A stretch of DNA of 47,311 nt, taken from UHGV virus genome UHGV-1541059; one strand, 5' to 3'. This stretch comes from a virus. Numbering within the stretch: position 1 is the stretch's first letter; each line of letters starts with the position of its first letter. Made by a program: the position numbers and the translations under genes. The notes beneath the pieces were generated by a model. It did no database searches, had not been told where the DNA came from, and saw only the letters and a list, made by a program, of their open reading frames with translations. Shown here one piece after another: positions 9,304 through 17,818 of the stretch.

Positions 9304-9557
9304 GCGAGTCAAAGGAAGGGCGCAGGTAACAAAAGCAACTTCCTGGCACTTTAAAAATCAGGCTTAACACCTTGTCAACCGTGGAGTAACTCCCCGATTG
9401 GGGACCGAAAGCGGCACTGATAACAAGGCGCATGGGGTGTTTAAAGCGTTACATCCCCCACGAAACCGCACGCAAGGCGACGAGTCAGCTTGCTTGGAGT
9501 GAGCAAGGTCACGCCGGGAACGGCGATGATTGCGGGATTAGTTGAAAGATGTTAAGC

Positions 9558-9595
9558 CGCTCATTAACAATCTGGTCAGCCGCTGGAAGTGCGGC
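9558..9595 (+). promoter_or_regulatory. nutL-like site (boxA-like CGCTCATTAACAA plus boxB-like hairpin)
   Basis: boxA-like at 9558-9570, 8-nt spacer, hairpin GCCGC-TGGAAGT-GCGGC at 9579-9595, about 55 nt upstream of the N-like gene. Confidence 0.4.
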
Positions 9596-9651
9596 AATTA
9601 ACGAAGATGATTTTTTATTAAGTATCATCAAGGATATACGGAGATCAGATT

Positions 9652-9942
9652 ATGAGCGTTACAATTATATATGGTAAATGTGATAGCAAAATGAATGCCA
9701 GGGAACGCAGAAGGATAAAAAGAGAAAACGAAAGAAAATCATCACCTGCAATCAATAAAACAGACAATGTGGATAAAGCTATTCGATTTGCAAACGAGGA
9801 AAGATGCAAACCAAATAGCATTAAAGAACGTCGCAAAGGATCAGTAAAATGGTATACGGAAAATGAAAGCGGCAGCTACTACCACGCAACGCAACCACGA
9901 CATTTAGGGGAAAAACCCCTGGATAAAGTCCGCTATCATTAA
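9652..9942 (+). CDS. N-like transcription antiterminator (P22 gene 24-like, arginine-rich motif)
   Basis: MSVTIIYGK...NARERRRIKRENERK resembles the P22 gp24 N-terminus and ARM; position after pL/nut. Confidence 0.55.
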   Translation: MSVTIIYGKCDSKMNARERRRIKRENERKSSPAINKTDNVDKAIRFANEERCKPNSIKERRKGSVKWYTENESGSYYHATQPRHLGEKPLDKVRYH

Positions 9943-9972
9943 TACAAAATGTAAACATCCGGAGATGACATT

Positions 9973-10092
9973 ATGGTTATTCAGGCGCTTCAATTCAAAC
10001 TGGCAGTAGCGGAAATGCTTCACGATGCCGAAATGTGGAGCGCCGCGAATAAAGCCTTATACATAGTGTTAACAGCACGGGAGATTAAATAG
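9973..10092 (+). CDS. Hypothetical 39-aa protein
   Basis: GGAG RBS; stop overlaps the erf GTG start. Confidence 0.3.
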   Translation: MVIQALQFKLAVAEMLHDAEMWSAANKALYIVLTAREIK

Positions 10093-10733
10093 TGAAAACA
10101 GAGTTACATAAAAAGCTATGGACGATTCAGCAAACGCTGAACGCGCCGAAAAATCAGCGTAATAATTTTGGTGGATATAATTACAGGTCGGCGGAGGATA
10201 TTTTAGAGGCGGTTAAACCACTGCTTCAAAATATCACGCTGACTGTTAGTGATGAAATTGTCCTGATCGGCAATCGCTATTATGTGAAAGCAACGGCGAC
10301 GCTAAGCGACGGTGAAGACGTAATAGCGGTAACTGCTTATGCCAGGGAGGAAGAGAGCAAGAAGGGTATGGACGCCAGCCAGCTAACAGGAGCAACATCA
10401 AGTTACGCGCGTAAATATGCTTTGAACGGTTTATTCTGTATAGATGATGCTCGCGATCCTGATACTGATGCTTACGCGAAGCAGACAGGCCAGCAGCCGC
10501 GACAACAGAAAAACCCACCAAAACAACAACCGCAGCAGAAGAAAGCGCCGCCAAATCCTGATGAAGTATTAGCACGTTTCTGTGATGCAGCAGCGAAAGC
10601 GCAGGACGCTAACAAGCTGCGTGAAATATTTGGCAAATGCTGGAAATTACTACCGGAAGGATCGGAGCATCGAATCAAGGCAAAAGATGTTTATGACATC
10701 CGGGTAGCAGAGCTTAACGGGGAGATGGGTTAA
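10092..10733 (+). CDS. erf: Erf single-strand annealing recombinase
   Basis: LNAPKNQ...FGGYNYRSAEDILEAVKPLL...IGNRYYVKATATLSDGE...KKGMDASQLTGATSSYARKYALNGLF matches P22 Erf as recalled; GTG start. Confidence 0.85.
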   Translation: MKTELHKKLWTIQQTLNAPKNQRNNFGGYNYRSAEDILEAVKPLLQNITLTVSDEIVLIGNRYYVKATATLSDGEDVIAVTAYAREEESKKGMDASQLTGATSSYARKYALNGLFCIDDARDPDTDAYAKQTGQQPRQQKNPPKQQPQQKKAPPNPDEVLARFCDAAAKAQDANKLREIFGKCWKLLPEGSEHRIKAKDVYDIRVAELNGEMG

Positions 10734-11149
10734 TGAGTTTAAATTCAATCACGCTGGGCGGGAATATCGGTAATGATATGGAGGTTCGCTACACACAAAA
10801 CGGGAAAGCGATTGGTAGTTTTCCGTTAGCTGTAACGAATGGCTACGGCGATAATAAGCGGACAATGTGGGTCACTTGCCTGGTATTTGGTGAGCGTGCG
10901 GAAAAATTAGCGCCACATATCCGCAAGGGTGGAAAAATAGTGGTAAGCGGTCGCCTAGATGTTCGGCAATATGACCGGAACGACGGCACGAAGGGGACGG
11001 CGGTAGAAGTGGCGGTTAACGAATTTGAATTCATGAACGTTAACCAACAAGGCCAGCAGCAAGGCCAGCAGCAGAAAGCGCCACCGCCTCAAAATAATAA
11101 CGTGAATAATCCGCCGCCGATGGACTTCGACGATGATATTCCGTTCTGA
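10733..11149 (+). CDS. ssb: Single-stranded DNA-binding protein
   Basis: OB-fold N-terminus, Gln/Pro-rich linker, acidic C-terminal tail DFDDDIPF. Confidence 0.9.
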   Translation: MSLNSITLGGNIGNDMEVRYTQNGKAIGSFPLAVTNGYGDNKRTMWVTCLVFGERAEKLAPHIRKGGKIVVSGRLDVRQYDRNDGTKGTAVEVAVNEFEFMNVNQQGQQQGQQQKAPPPQNNNVNNPPPMDFDDDIPF

Positions 11150-11158
11150 TTCAATAGG

Positions 11159-11443
11159 TTGGCGATGGGTGATTATTTAAAAGCACCGCCGCCGCCGCGA
11201 ACAAAAGAGCAAGTTTTAAGAGAAGCCCGTGATCAAATCGATCGCGGGCTTTTTTTATGCGGCACGGCAGCGGATCGAATGGCGAAAAGATTTAGTGACC
11301 TGTACGCAAAGCAAATATGGTTCGACAACTGGCAGGCAAGTTTTTACCCACTACAGAAAGCTGATGATATGCATTGGCCTGAATATGTCGATCCACGTAT
11401 GCGCAAATATCGCGGGCGTATGGGTCAGGTTATTAACGATTAA
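11159..11443 (+). CDS. Hypothetical protein (94 aa)
   Basis: Co-directional ORF. Confidence 0.45.
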   Translation: MAMGDYLKAPPPPRTKEQVLREARDQIDRGLFLCGTAADRMAKRFSDLYAKQIWFDNWQASFYPLQKADDMHWPEYVDPRMRKYRGRMGQVIND

Positions 11444-11457
11444 TGAGGTATTAAATC

Positions 11458-11682
11458 ATGATCGAAGATAAAGAAGTTGACGGAGAAATTCCTGACGGCG
11501 CTGATGAGCTTATCACTTTCGGCGGCGGGCTGTACGAATTCGAGACGTCTGCGGGCTGGGTTGATAAATGGCCTTTCCCTACTCGACAGGAATTAAGCGA
11601 ACGTAAATCATTCGGCGAAGATGCCGAACGGCTGGCTAATAACAAATGGCTTGATAAGTTCATTGCGGAGGGTGGCAAATGA
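11458..11682 (+). CDS. Hypothetical acidic protein (74 aa)
   Basis: Co-directional ORF. Confidence 0.45.
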   Translation: MIEDKEVDGEIPDGADELITFGGGLYEFETSAGWVDKWPFPTRQELSERKSFGEDAERLANNKWLDKFIAEGGK

Positions 11683-11786
11683 AAAAGATTGCAATGTTAT
11701 CCGCCGCCGTTGCTGTGGCGGCTGTTTACCTTAGTGCGTCACTCTATATCACTGTGGCGATTGTTAAGCTGATTACTGACATGTGA
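11679..11786 (+). CDS. Small membrane peptide (35 aa, MKKIAMLSAAVAVAAVYLSASLYITVAIVKLITDM)
   Basis: ATGA overlap with upstream stop; single hydrophobic helix. Confidence 0.35.
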   Translation: MKKIAMLSAAVAVAAVYLSASLYITVAIVKLITDM

Positions 11787-11793
11787 GGTTTAT

Positions 11794-11910
11794 ATGCGAG
11801 TCGACAAAAATACTGTCAAGGCTGTTTTCTGTGTGGTCGCTTTCGTCTTCATGGTGGTAATAGCTGGCGCGACTGCGGCAATTATTAGCTATATCGGCGG
11901 GGTGATGTGA
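11794..11910 (+). CDS. Small membrane peptide (38 aa, MRVDKNTVKAVFCVVAFVFMVVIAGATAAIISYIGGVM)
   Basis: Single hydrophobic helix; stop overlaps next gene start. Confidence 0.35.
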   Translation: MRVDKNTVKAVFCVVAFVFMVVIAGATAAIISYIGGVM

Positions 11911-12182
11911 TGCCATTCATGAATATCAAAACGGGTGATCTTGTTGTGCTCCCGGAATACCGTAAAGACCCTGGTCTGGTTGTGCTGAACAAGACATATA
12001 ACGATCTTGAGCGCCCGATCCTGGTTAAATATCTGGACGGAACAATTATAGAGCCGCGTTTCTTCGACAAGATTGAACTGAAGGCCCGCAATGTTCGCGT
12101 TAAGCCGTTCCGGGCTTATGTTGAAAACCACTGGCGGAAATTGTTCGCCGGACTGAATGGGATGTTCGGCGTATGGCTATAA
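11907..12182 (+). CDS. Hypothetical protein (91 aa)
   Basis: Co-directional ORF. Confidence 0.45.
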   Translation: MMPFMNIKTGDLVVLPEYRKDPGLVVLNKTYNDLERPILVKYLDGTIIEPRFFDKIELKARNVRVKPFRAYVENHWRKLFAGLNGMFGVWL

Positions 12183-12364
12183 AAGAAGTAAAGGTTAAAC
12201 ACCTGAAAGGTGGGGAGCGCTTAAAGGCGTGGTGGGGCCGTGAATTTACAGCCACTGCTTTCAGATTCAGGCAAGGCGGAGAGGTCATTATATACGACGA
12301 AAACATGGATGAAGTTGGTAAATGGCATCTTGAGCAATACGTCGAGGTGTTAAATGAAAATTAA
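12173..12364 (+). CDS. Hypothetical protein (63 aa)
   Basis: Co-directional ORF. Confidence 0.4.
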   Translation: MAIKEVKVKHLKGGERLKAWWGREFTATAFRFRQGGEVIIYDENMDEVGKWHLEQYVEVLNEN

Positions 12365-12686
12365 ATTCCATAAAGCATATGATAGCGAAACAAACAAGCT
12401 ATCACTATTTATCGAATTCGAACGCCGGATCGTGGTTGTGCCCTGGGCGCGGCGCTTCAATGACGCTGGCGGTCGGCGGCAATTCGCGGTCGATATGCTG
12501 TTACGCGGTTGCGGCCTTATGCGTCCGCTATCTGATTTAAAACGAATGATGCCAGGATCGTTCGGTCAGATTGATGAAATAGAAATAAGTCCGGAAGAAC
12601 TGAAACGGGAGCGTGATTTATTCCTTTCAAGCGAAGGAAACCCGTTTAATTCAGAAACAGAAATGAAATGGCATTACCCACTATAA
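12354..12686 (+). CDS. Hypothetical protein (110 aa)
   Basis: Co-directional ORF. Confidence 0.45.
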   Translation: MKIKFHKAYDSETNKLSLFIEFERRIVVVPWARRFNDAGGRRQFAVDMLLRGCGLMRPLSDLKRMMPGSFGQIDEIEISPEELKRERDLFLSSEGNPFNSETEMKWHYPL

Positions 12687-12699
12687 AAGGATAAATATC

Positions 12700-13320
12700 A
12701 TGAACGACATCAAAACAGCTTACTCTCTCGGTAATGAAGGCATGTTAATCACTCGCTATACAGATGATGCAAACTTTCACGAAGTGGAAATTAAAGATTA
12801 TCACGAAGTATTGAAAGATATGGAAGCTGGCGCGTATGACGCTGATTTGAATCTGGCGCTACAGGTTGTTGATATTGTGATGGGTGCGTCAATCCGCGAT
12901 TACGTGTCTTTAAGTATGGAAGAAAAAACATCGGTAGCGCGTTATGTATTCTCTCTTACTTTTGTGAAGCGCATGGAGGAAGAATTCGGACGCGTACCAG
13001 TGCCGGAAGAGGTTGATCCGCTCGCGTTCGGAAGTGCTGTTATTCTCCCGTTGAACAAGGATCAGTTTGGTAGTGTTTCACTGCATTCTATGCGCGGCCT
13101 GATGAAAAACATCTTTGAAGTTAAGATGTTGCAGAAATGCATTGAGGAAGGCCACAAAGAAGAAGAAGTAAAAGCGTTTATGCCGCTGTTTTACGGTGAA
13201 ATGGTTGGCAATGATATGCGCGCAAATGATTTCGGTGTGCAGGCGGCTATCGCTGTGCTTAATGATGCACGGAAAAACGCACAGCCGATGCCTGAACAGG
13301 AAAAACGTGTACTGCATTAA
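12700..13320 (+). CDS. Hypothetical protein (206 aa)
   Basis: Largest unknown ORF of the early accessory block. Confidence 0.5.
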   Translation: MNDIKTAYSLGNEGMLITRYTDDANFHEVEIKDYHEVLKDMEAGAYDADLNLALQVVDIVMGASIRDYVSLSMEEKTSVARYVFSLTFVKRMEEEFGRVPVPEEVDPLAFGSAVILPLNKDQFGSVSLHSMRGLMKNIFEVKMLQKCIEEGHKEEEVKAFMPLFYGEMVGNDMRANDFGVQAAIAVLNDARKNAQPMPEQEKRVLH

Positions 13321-13418
13321 CCGAGTGATTCCGATTACATAAATATACATTATGTATTGTGATCGCATATCCGTTTTGTAAGCCAAAATCAAAAGGTTTA
13401 CGGTGCGGAGGAAGCAAA

Positions 13419-13637
13419 ATGGAACGCGAATTGATGCTTTATTGCGTAGAAGGTGGCGTAGGTCACGATGCCTACGTCGCTGGGAAAGGCTATCCAGCCG
13501 ATGAAGTGCTTTCTAATATGCACTTCAGAGAAAATGAAAGCCAGGTGTCTGTGTGGAAACGGTGCATTGATGGTATTGAGGTTGTAAGTATAGAACGGTA
13601 TTTAGGCACGTTTGATTACGGTGTTATTGAGGCTTAA
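13419..13637 (+). CDS. Hypothetical protein (72 aa)
   Basis: Start set at MERELM with GGAGG RBS (track ORF starts 13359). Confidence 0.45.
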   Translation: MERELMLYCVEGGVGHDAYVAGKGYPADEVLSNMHFRENESQVSVWKRCIDGIEVVSIERYLGTFDYGVIEA

Positions 13638-13735
13638 TTATGGACGATACATTGTTTTATATGTGCTGTTGCTGGGGTTTTATTGCCTTATGCCTGTTTA
13701 TCAGGTGGTTTATTGAATACCATATGAGGTGATCT

Positions 13736-13927
13736 ATGAAAAAGGTTGGCGAATACATGATACCGGATAACGCTAAATTAGCCGGAATCGGTCAATTTGG
13801 TTGTTATTACTATAACTGCGTTGGTGATATTTATCAGGTCAGTATTGTTGGTGGTGTACAGCATTTTCGTCTTATGCACTTTGAATTGAGCGCACTTAAA
13901 AAGGCGGTGTTAATGTATGAAGTTTAA
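13736..13927 (+). CDS. Hypothetical protein (63 aa)
   Basis: Co-directional ORF. Confidence 0.4.
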   Translation: MKKVGEYMIPDNAKLAGIGQFGCYYYNCVGDIYQVSIVGGVQHFRLMHFELSALKKAVLMYEV

Positions 13928-14120
13928 ACACTATAGGGAATGGAAGATTCCAGAATCAGCAACAAAGGCAGCGCCCGGAAATGTTTCCGGCGTTTATTTT
14001 TATATGGAAGGTAAATGGTATTTCGGCAGCAGGCCGGATCACTATTATCAGGAAATGTGTGATTCTCATGTACTTGATATAAAATTTCGCGTGCAAGGCG
14101 GTGTGATTGAGGACGTTTAG
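13917..14120 (+). CDS. Hypothetical protein (67 aa)
   Basis: Co-directional ORF. Confidence 0.4.
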   Translation: MKFKHYREWKIPESATKAAPGNVSGVYFYMEGKWYFGSRPDHYYQEMCDSHVLDIKFRVQGGVIEDV

Positions 14121-14121
14121 A

Positions 14122-14349
14122 ATGATGCGTGCACTTATTGACTTCATTATGGGCTGGCTATTTTGTTCTTTTTTTGTATTCTCATGCATAGCTACGGTTC
14201 TTATTGGAATTTTATGCGGTGTGTCTTTTGTTACATGGGAACTACCAGAAATGCCATCACCTGATGATGCGCTTTATATGTTAAGGATCATTATTGCTGT
14301 TAGTGTATTTGTTGGGTTCTTTTTCGCTGATTTTACTGATTATTTATGA
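14122..14349 (+). CDS. Small membrane protein (75 aa, two predicted TM helices)
   Basis: MMRALIDFIMGWLFCSFFVFSCIATVLIGILCGVSFV...; start at ATG 14122. Confidence 0.45.
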   Translation: MMRALIDFIMGWLFCSFFVFSCIATVLIGILCGVSFVTWELPEMPSPDDALYMLRIIIAVSVFVGFFFADFTDYL

Positions 14350-14350
14350 A

Positions 14351-14584
14351 ATGGCTTTATTTAACCTGTCAGAGCCGCAATTTAACGCCGTAAAAGCTGC
14401 CGCCCGCGCAGCGCTTTCTGCCTGCAAAGCGGAGGTGGAGAAAAACGGCTACAGCGATAAAGCTACGCGGCTGATATTAGAAAAGCATTATCGCAAGGTC
14501 GCCCCGCTAATCAGTATTGAGCGTTTTGTGTGGTTGGTGGGGTATCTAAATAACCGCTGGGGGACTGATCAGGATTATTTCTAA
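14351..14584 (+). CDS. Hypothetical protein (77 aa)
   Basis: Start at MALFNLSEPQF immediately after upstream stop. Confidence 0.4.
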   Translation: MALFNLSEPQFNAVKAAARAALSACKAEVEKNGYSDKATRLILEKHYRKVAPLISIERFVWLVGYLNNRWGTDQDYF

Positions 14585-14593
14585 GGGGGCGTA

Positions 14594-15133
14594 ATGAAAA
14601 ATGATTACGGCGGCAGCCATACGCCGAAAGAAATAAAGGATTTATGGCAAACGCCAAAACCCGCTTTTAGAGGAATGGATCGTGAATTCGAATTCGTCGC
14701 TGATGTGGCGGCAAACAAGGCAAACGCATTAGTTCCGCGATATATAACAGAAGAAATGGACACGTTGCATTATCCGTGGGGAGCGGTGGCAATGCCTGGT
14801 GAGTATGTCTGGCTTAATCCACCATATTCTAATCCGGGGCCATTCGTTGATAAAGCGGCGCTTGAACACAGCCGAAACCATATCGGATGCGTAATGTTAT
14901 TGCCCGCTGATATTTCTGTTAACTGGTTTATGAACGGCGTGGAGACGGCAAACGAATGCCGATTAATTACGCGCGGGCGGCTGGCGTTTATCAATGCTGC
15001 GACGGGTAAACCAGCAAGCGGAAACAATAAAGGGAGTTTGTTCTTGATCTGGCATCCACGATGCAGACATGAATGTATTTTCACGCAGATAACACGTAAA
15101 GAGCTATATGCAAGAGGTGCAGAAAATGAGTAA
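14594..15133 (+). CDS. dam: Phage DNA N6-adenine methyltransferase (Dam-like)
   Basis: WQTPKPAF ... DVAANKANALVPRY ... catalytic NPPY (WLNPPYSN) typical of the phage N-6-adenine methyltransferase family. Confidence 0.85.
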   Translation: MKNDYGGSHTPKEIKDLWQTPKPAFRGMDREFEFVADVAANKANALVPRYITEEMDTLHYPWGAVAMPGEYVWLNPPYSNPGPFVDKAALEHSRNHIGCVMLLPADISVNWFMNGVETANECRLITRGRLAFINAATGKPASGNNKGSLFLIWHPRCRHECIFTQITRKELYARGAENE

Positions 15134-15617
15134 AGCGGCTGAATTGCTAAGACTTGCGGCTGAAACTATTGAGGCAAGAGGGGAACAAAACGGATACGAT
15201 CGAAAAGAAGAAAAATCAGCGCCAAAAATAGCCACTATTTACAACGCTAAGAAGGGGACAAATCTAACCCCGCTTGATGTATGGGATCTACTAATTTGTC
15301 TCAAGGAGGGGCGATTAGAGGCCATTTTAAGCAATGGTAGCGACCCGCTCGACACTCTTATAGACCTTATTGCTTATAACGCGCTAAAAGCGGAGCAAAT
15401 ATTAACGGAGCGGGAGGAAGAACAAAGAAAGAAACAGGCTGTTTTTGATATGCCGTTAAATTGCGGCTGCAAGAAAACATCAATACCAGGCGACTTGATC
15501 GCCGCCAGCGGGATAACGCTAAATGGTAGCCTTTCAAATAGGCTTGATGTGAAGTTTGACAACGAATCACTATTACGCGCGGCGGGGTATCATAAGAATG
15601 GAAAGGGTGACAATTGA
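15126..15617 (+). CDS. Hypothetical protein (163 aa)
   Basis: Start at MSKAAELLRL with AGAGGTG RBS, overlapping dam stop. Confidence 0.45.
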   Translation: MSKAAELLRLAAETIEARGEQNGYDRKEEKSAPKIATIYNAKKGTNLTPLDVWDLLICLKEGRLEAILSNGSDPLDTLIDLIAYNALKAEQILTEREEEQRKKQAVFDMPLNCGCKKTSIPGDLIAASGITLNGSLSNRLDVKFDNESLLRAAGYHKNGKGDN

Positions 15618-16101
15618 CAGGTTATTAGCCTGCGTTTATGTCGCCGTTTTCGTGATCATCAATCTTATTGTTAACCATTGCGGCCCGTGGGTAATTCCGA
15701 TCACCACGGTAGCCGCCGTGTGTGTCAATATGATGATCCGTGACTTCCTGTTATATGACGGCGGCTTGAGATGGTCGGCTACAACATGCGCCGCCGCTGG
15801 CGCAATCACTGTACTGATAAATTACGACGCCGGAATGGTGGCGATCGCGTCATTTGTCGCGGTTGTTTCCGGTGCGCTTATTTCTGGCGGCGTTTACCGG
15901 GTTTTGCCTGGTGACTTTGATTCTAAACGTTGGCCTGCAAATATAGCGTCCGCCATAGGTGATGCGTTAATTTTCCCGACGCTATCGTTTATGGCATTTA
16001 TGCCGGAAATATCAGCTATGCAATTCATCTCAAAAATGGCAGCGGTAACGGTGATTACTATCATCATGCGCCGCTATTTCACGTTTGAGGGTAGAAAATG
16101 A
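15598..16101 (+). CDS. Polytopic inner-membrane protein; weak resemblance to VUT/YhhQ-type transporters
   Basis: 4-5 predicted TM helices; start at MERVTIDRLL; sits between the two methyltransferase genes. Confidence 0.45.
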   Translation: MERVTIDRLLACVYVAVFVIINLIVNHCGPWVIPITTVAAVCVNMMIRDFLLYDGGLRWSATTCAAAGAITVLINYDAGMVAIASFVAVVSGALISGGVYRVLPGDFDSKRWPANIASAIGDALIFPTLSFMAFMPEISAMQFISKMAAVTVITIIMRRYFTFEGRK

Positions 16102-16862
16102 GCGGGCTTAGAAATTGGGTGGTGTGGTCGCTGTATGACGGCAGCGGGTACGCTGTTAAAGATTGGGCGGACGCTGGTTATAAATGTTATTGCTTCAACT
16201 ATGACGGCGCTAATCACGGTGATTATGACGGGGTAAAAATAATTCATCCAAATATTGAATATGTTAACGTCTGGATTGATAGCCATTTTCTGGTAATGTT
16301 CTCCCCTGAATTGTCTGTATATCCAGATCCTGACATTATCCTGGGCTTTCCTCCATGCGACAATCTCGCCGTTTCAGGCGCTCGCTGGTTCGCTGATAAA
16401 CGGAAAAAAGACCCTGACTTCCAGGTGAAGGCGGCGCATAACGCAAAACTGGTAGAAAAACTGGCGAATATGCATAACGTGCCGTGGATGGTGGAAAATC
16501 CGGTGGGCGCACTGTCAACGTTATGGCGTAAACCGGATTTTATCTTCAATCCGTGCGCTTACGGTGGCTACCTGCCGGAAGATGATAAGCATCCCGCTTT
16601 CCCGGAATACATTGCCGACCGCGACGCCTACACGAAGAAAACTTGTATTTGGTGCGGGAATGGATTTAAGCAGCCGCTATTCCGTCCTGTGCCGATGCCA
16701 GATGAATGGGAAGACAGTAAGCAGCACGCGAAGTTAGGCGGAAAATCAAAGCGAACAAAGATGATCCGCTCACTAACGCCGCGTGGCTTCGCCCGTGCTG
16801 TATTCCTGGCTAACGACCGGGCCATCAATCGTACTACGCTCAACCGCGTTTTGCCGGACTGA
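16098..16862 (+). CDS. Compact DNA cytosine-5 methyltransferase-like protein
   Basis: Motif IV-like GFPPCDNLAVSG and motif VI-like MVENPVG in canonical order; only 254 aa. Confidence 0.5.
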   Translation: MSGLRNWVVWSLYDGSGYAVKDWADAGYKCYCFNYDGANHGDYDGVKIIHPNIEYVNVWIDSHFLVMFSPELSVYPDPDIILGFPPCDNLAVSGARWFADKRKKDPDFQVKAAHNAKLVEKLANMHNVPWMVENPVGALSTLWRKPDFIFNPCAYGGYLPEDDKHPAFPEYIADRDAYTKKTCIWCGNGFKQPLFRPVPMPDEWEDSKQHAKLGGKSKRTKMIRSLTPRGFARAVFLANDRAINRTTLNRVLPD

Positions 16863-16863
16863 A

Positions 16864-16944
16864 GTTTACAAAATGGCGTCATTGTGTGATGAATGTCACA
16901 TAATGGCGCTTTGCACCTTGTTAGCACGTATCCATTTTGTATAC
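16864..16944. promoter_or_regulatory. Control region upstream of ninF/ninG: inverted pair of the 13-bp motif flanking a CRP-like palindrome
   Basis: GTTTACAAAATGG (16864-16876), TGTGATGAATGTCACA (16885-16900), reverse-complement motif CCATTTTGTATAC (16932-16944). Confidence 0.4.
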
Positions 16945-17021
16945 TTCAAGCAAACAAAATGCTCTTTAAAAATCCGGCAGCGCTGAAATGCGTAGAAATC
17001 ACCTGAAAAGGAGAGAGCATT

Positions 17022-17198
17022 ATGCCTTTTGATAATTACCAATGGCATGACGACTATGAACGAGAAAGCGTTATGCGTGCAATGTGCAATGTATGCAGCA
17101 CGAAGAAAGGAGGCTGTAACGAGTGCAACGAATGCTTAGAACATTGGCTAAGGGCCGGACACGCCGAAAGGCTGAACGAAACAGAGAATCAAAAATAA
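17022..17198 (+). CDS. ninF: NinF-like small Cys-rich protein (58 aa)
   Basis: ERESVMRAMCNVCSTKKGGCNECNEC resembles lambda NinF as recalled; sits directly upstream of ninG; GGAG RBS. Confidence 0.45.
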   Translation: MPFDNYQWHDDYERESVMRAMCNVCSTKKGGCNECNECLEHWLRAGHAERLNETENQK

Positions 17199-17212
17199 TC
17201 GGGGTGGTTTTT

Positions 17213-17818
17213 ATGCAAAACCCTAAAAAACCCATAAGACGCCGTTGCAAGTGCTGCGGCGTTTTTTTTGAGCCTAAATATCATAATCAAACGTGGTGCA
17301 GCGATGAATGTCTGGAAGAACTGAAGTTTGACCAGCTATGCCGCGACCGTGAAAAGGCTATGAAGGCGATGGAACGGAAGAAACGCCGCGATAGCCAGCG
17401 GGAAGAACGCAACCGGAAGCGGAAACAGTTAAATCCGCGCAGCTACTGGATCAAGCAAGTTCAAAACGTATTCAACGCCTATATCCGCGAACGTGACGCG
17501 CGCTTGCCGTGTATATCCTGCGGGACTTACTACGGTGAGCAATGCGGGTGGGATGCGGGCCATTACAGGACGGTTGCCGCCGCAGGACACCTTCGCTTTA
17601 ACGAGGATAATTGCCATAAACAATGCAGGCACTGCAACCAGACATTAGACGGAAACATAGGAGGGTATCGCCCAGCACTGATTCGAAAAATTGGCCTCGC
17701 CAGGGTGGTAGCTCTGGAGAACAACAACGATACGCATAAATGGACGATCGCAGAATGTAAGGAGCTAATAAACATCTATCAGGCTAAATTGGACGCCTTA
17801 AGGAGAAAGGCAGCATGA
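17213..17818 (+). CDS. ninG: NinG (Rap) recombination protein
   Basis: Cys-rich NinG pattern (CKCCGVFF...WCSDEC...CISCG...HYRTVAAAGHLRFNEDNCHKQCRHCN); track ORF 17123 trimmed to ATG 17213. Confidence 0.8.
   Translation: MQNPKKPIRRRCKCCGVFFEPKYHNQTWCSDECLEELKFDQLCRDREKAMKAMERKKRRDSQREERNRKRKQLNPRSYWIKQVQNVFNAYIRERDARLPCISCGTYYGEQCGWDAGHYRTVAAAGHLRFNEDNCHKQCRHCNQTLDGNIGGYRPALIRKIGLARVVALENNNDTHKWTIAECKELINIYQAKLDALRRKAA

Noticed and set aside
9233-9433. 66-aa minus-strand ORF within the pL leader
   Set aside because: Antisense to a promoter and leader region with no RBS; probably spurious.
17123-17212. N-terminal 30-codon extension of the NinG ORF
   Set aside because: Overlaps the NinF-like ORF in another frame; ATG 17213 is the likely NinG start.
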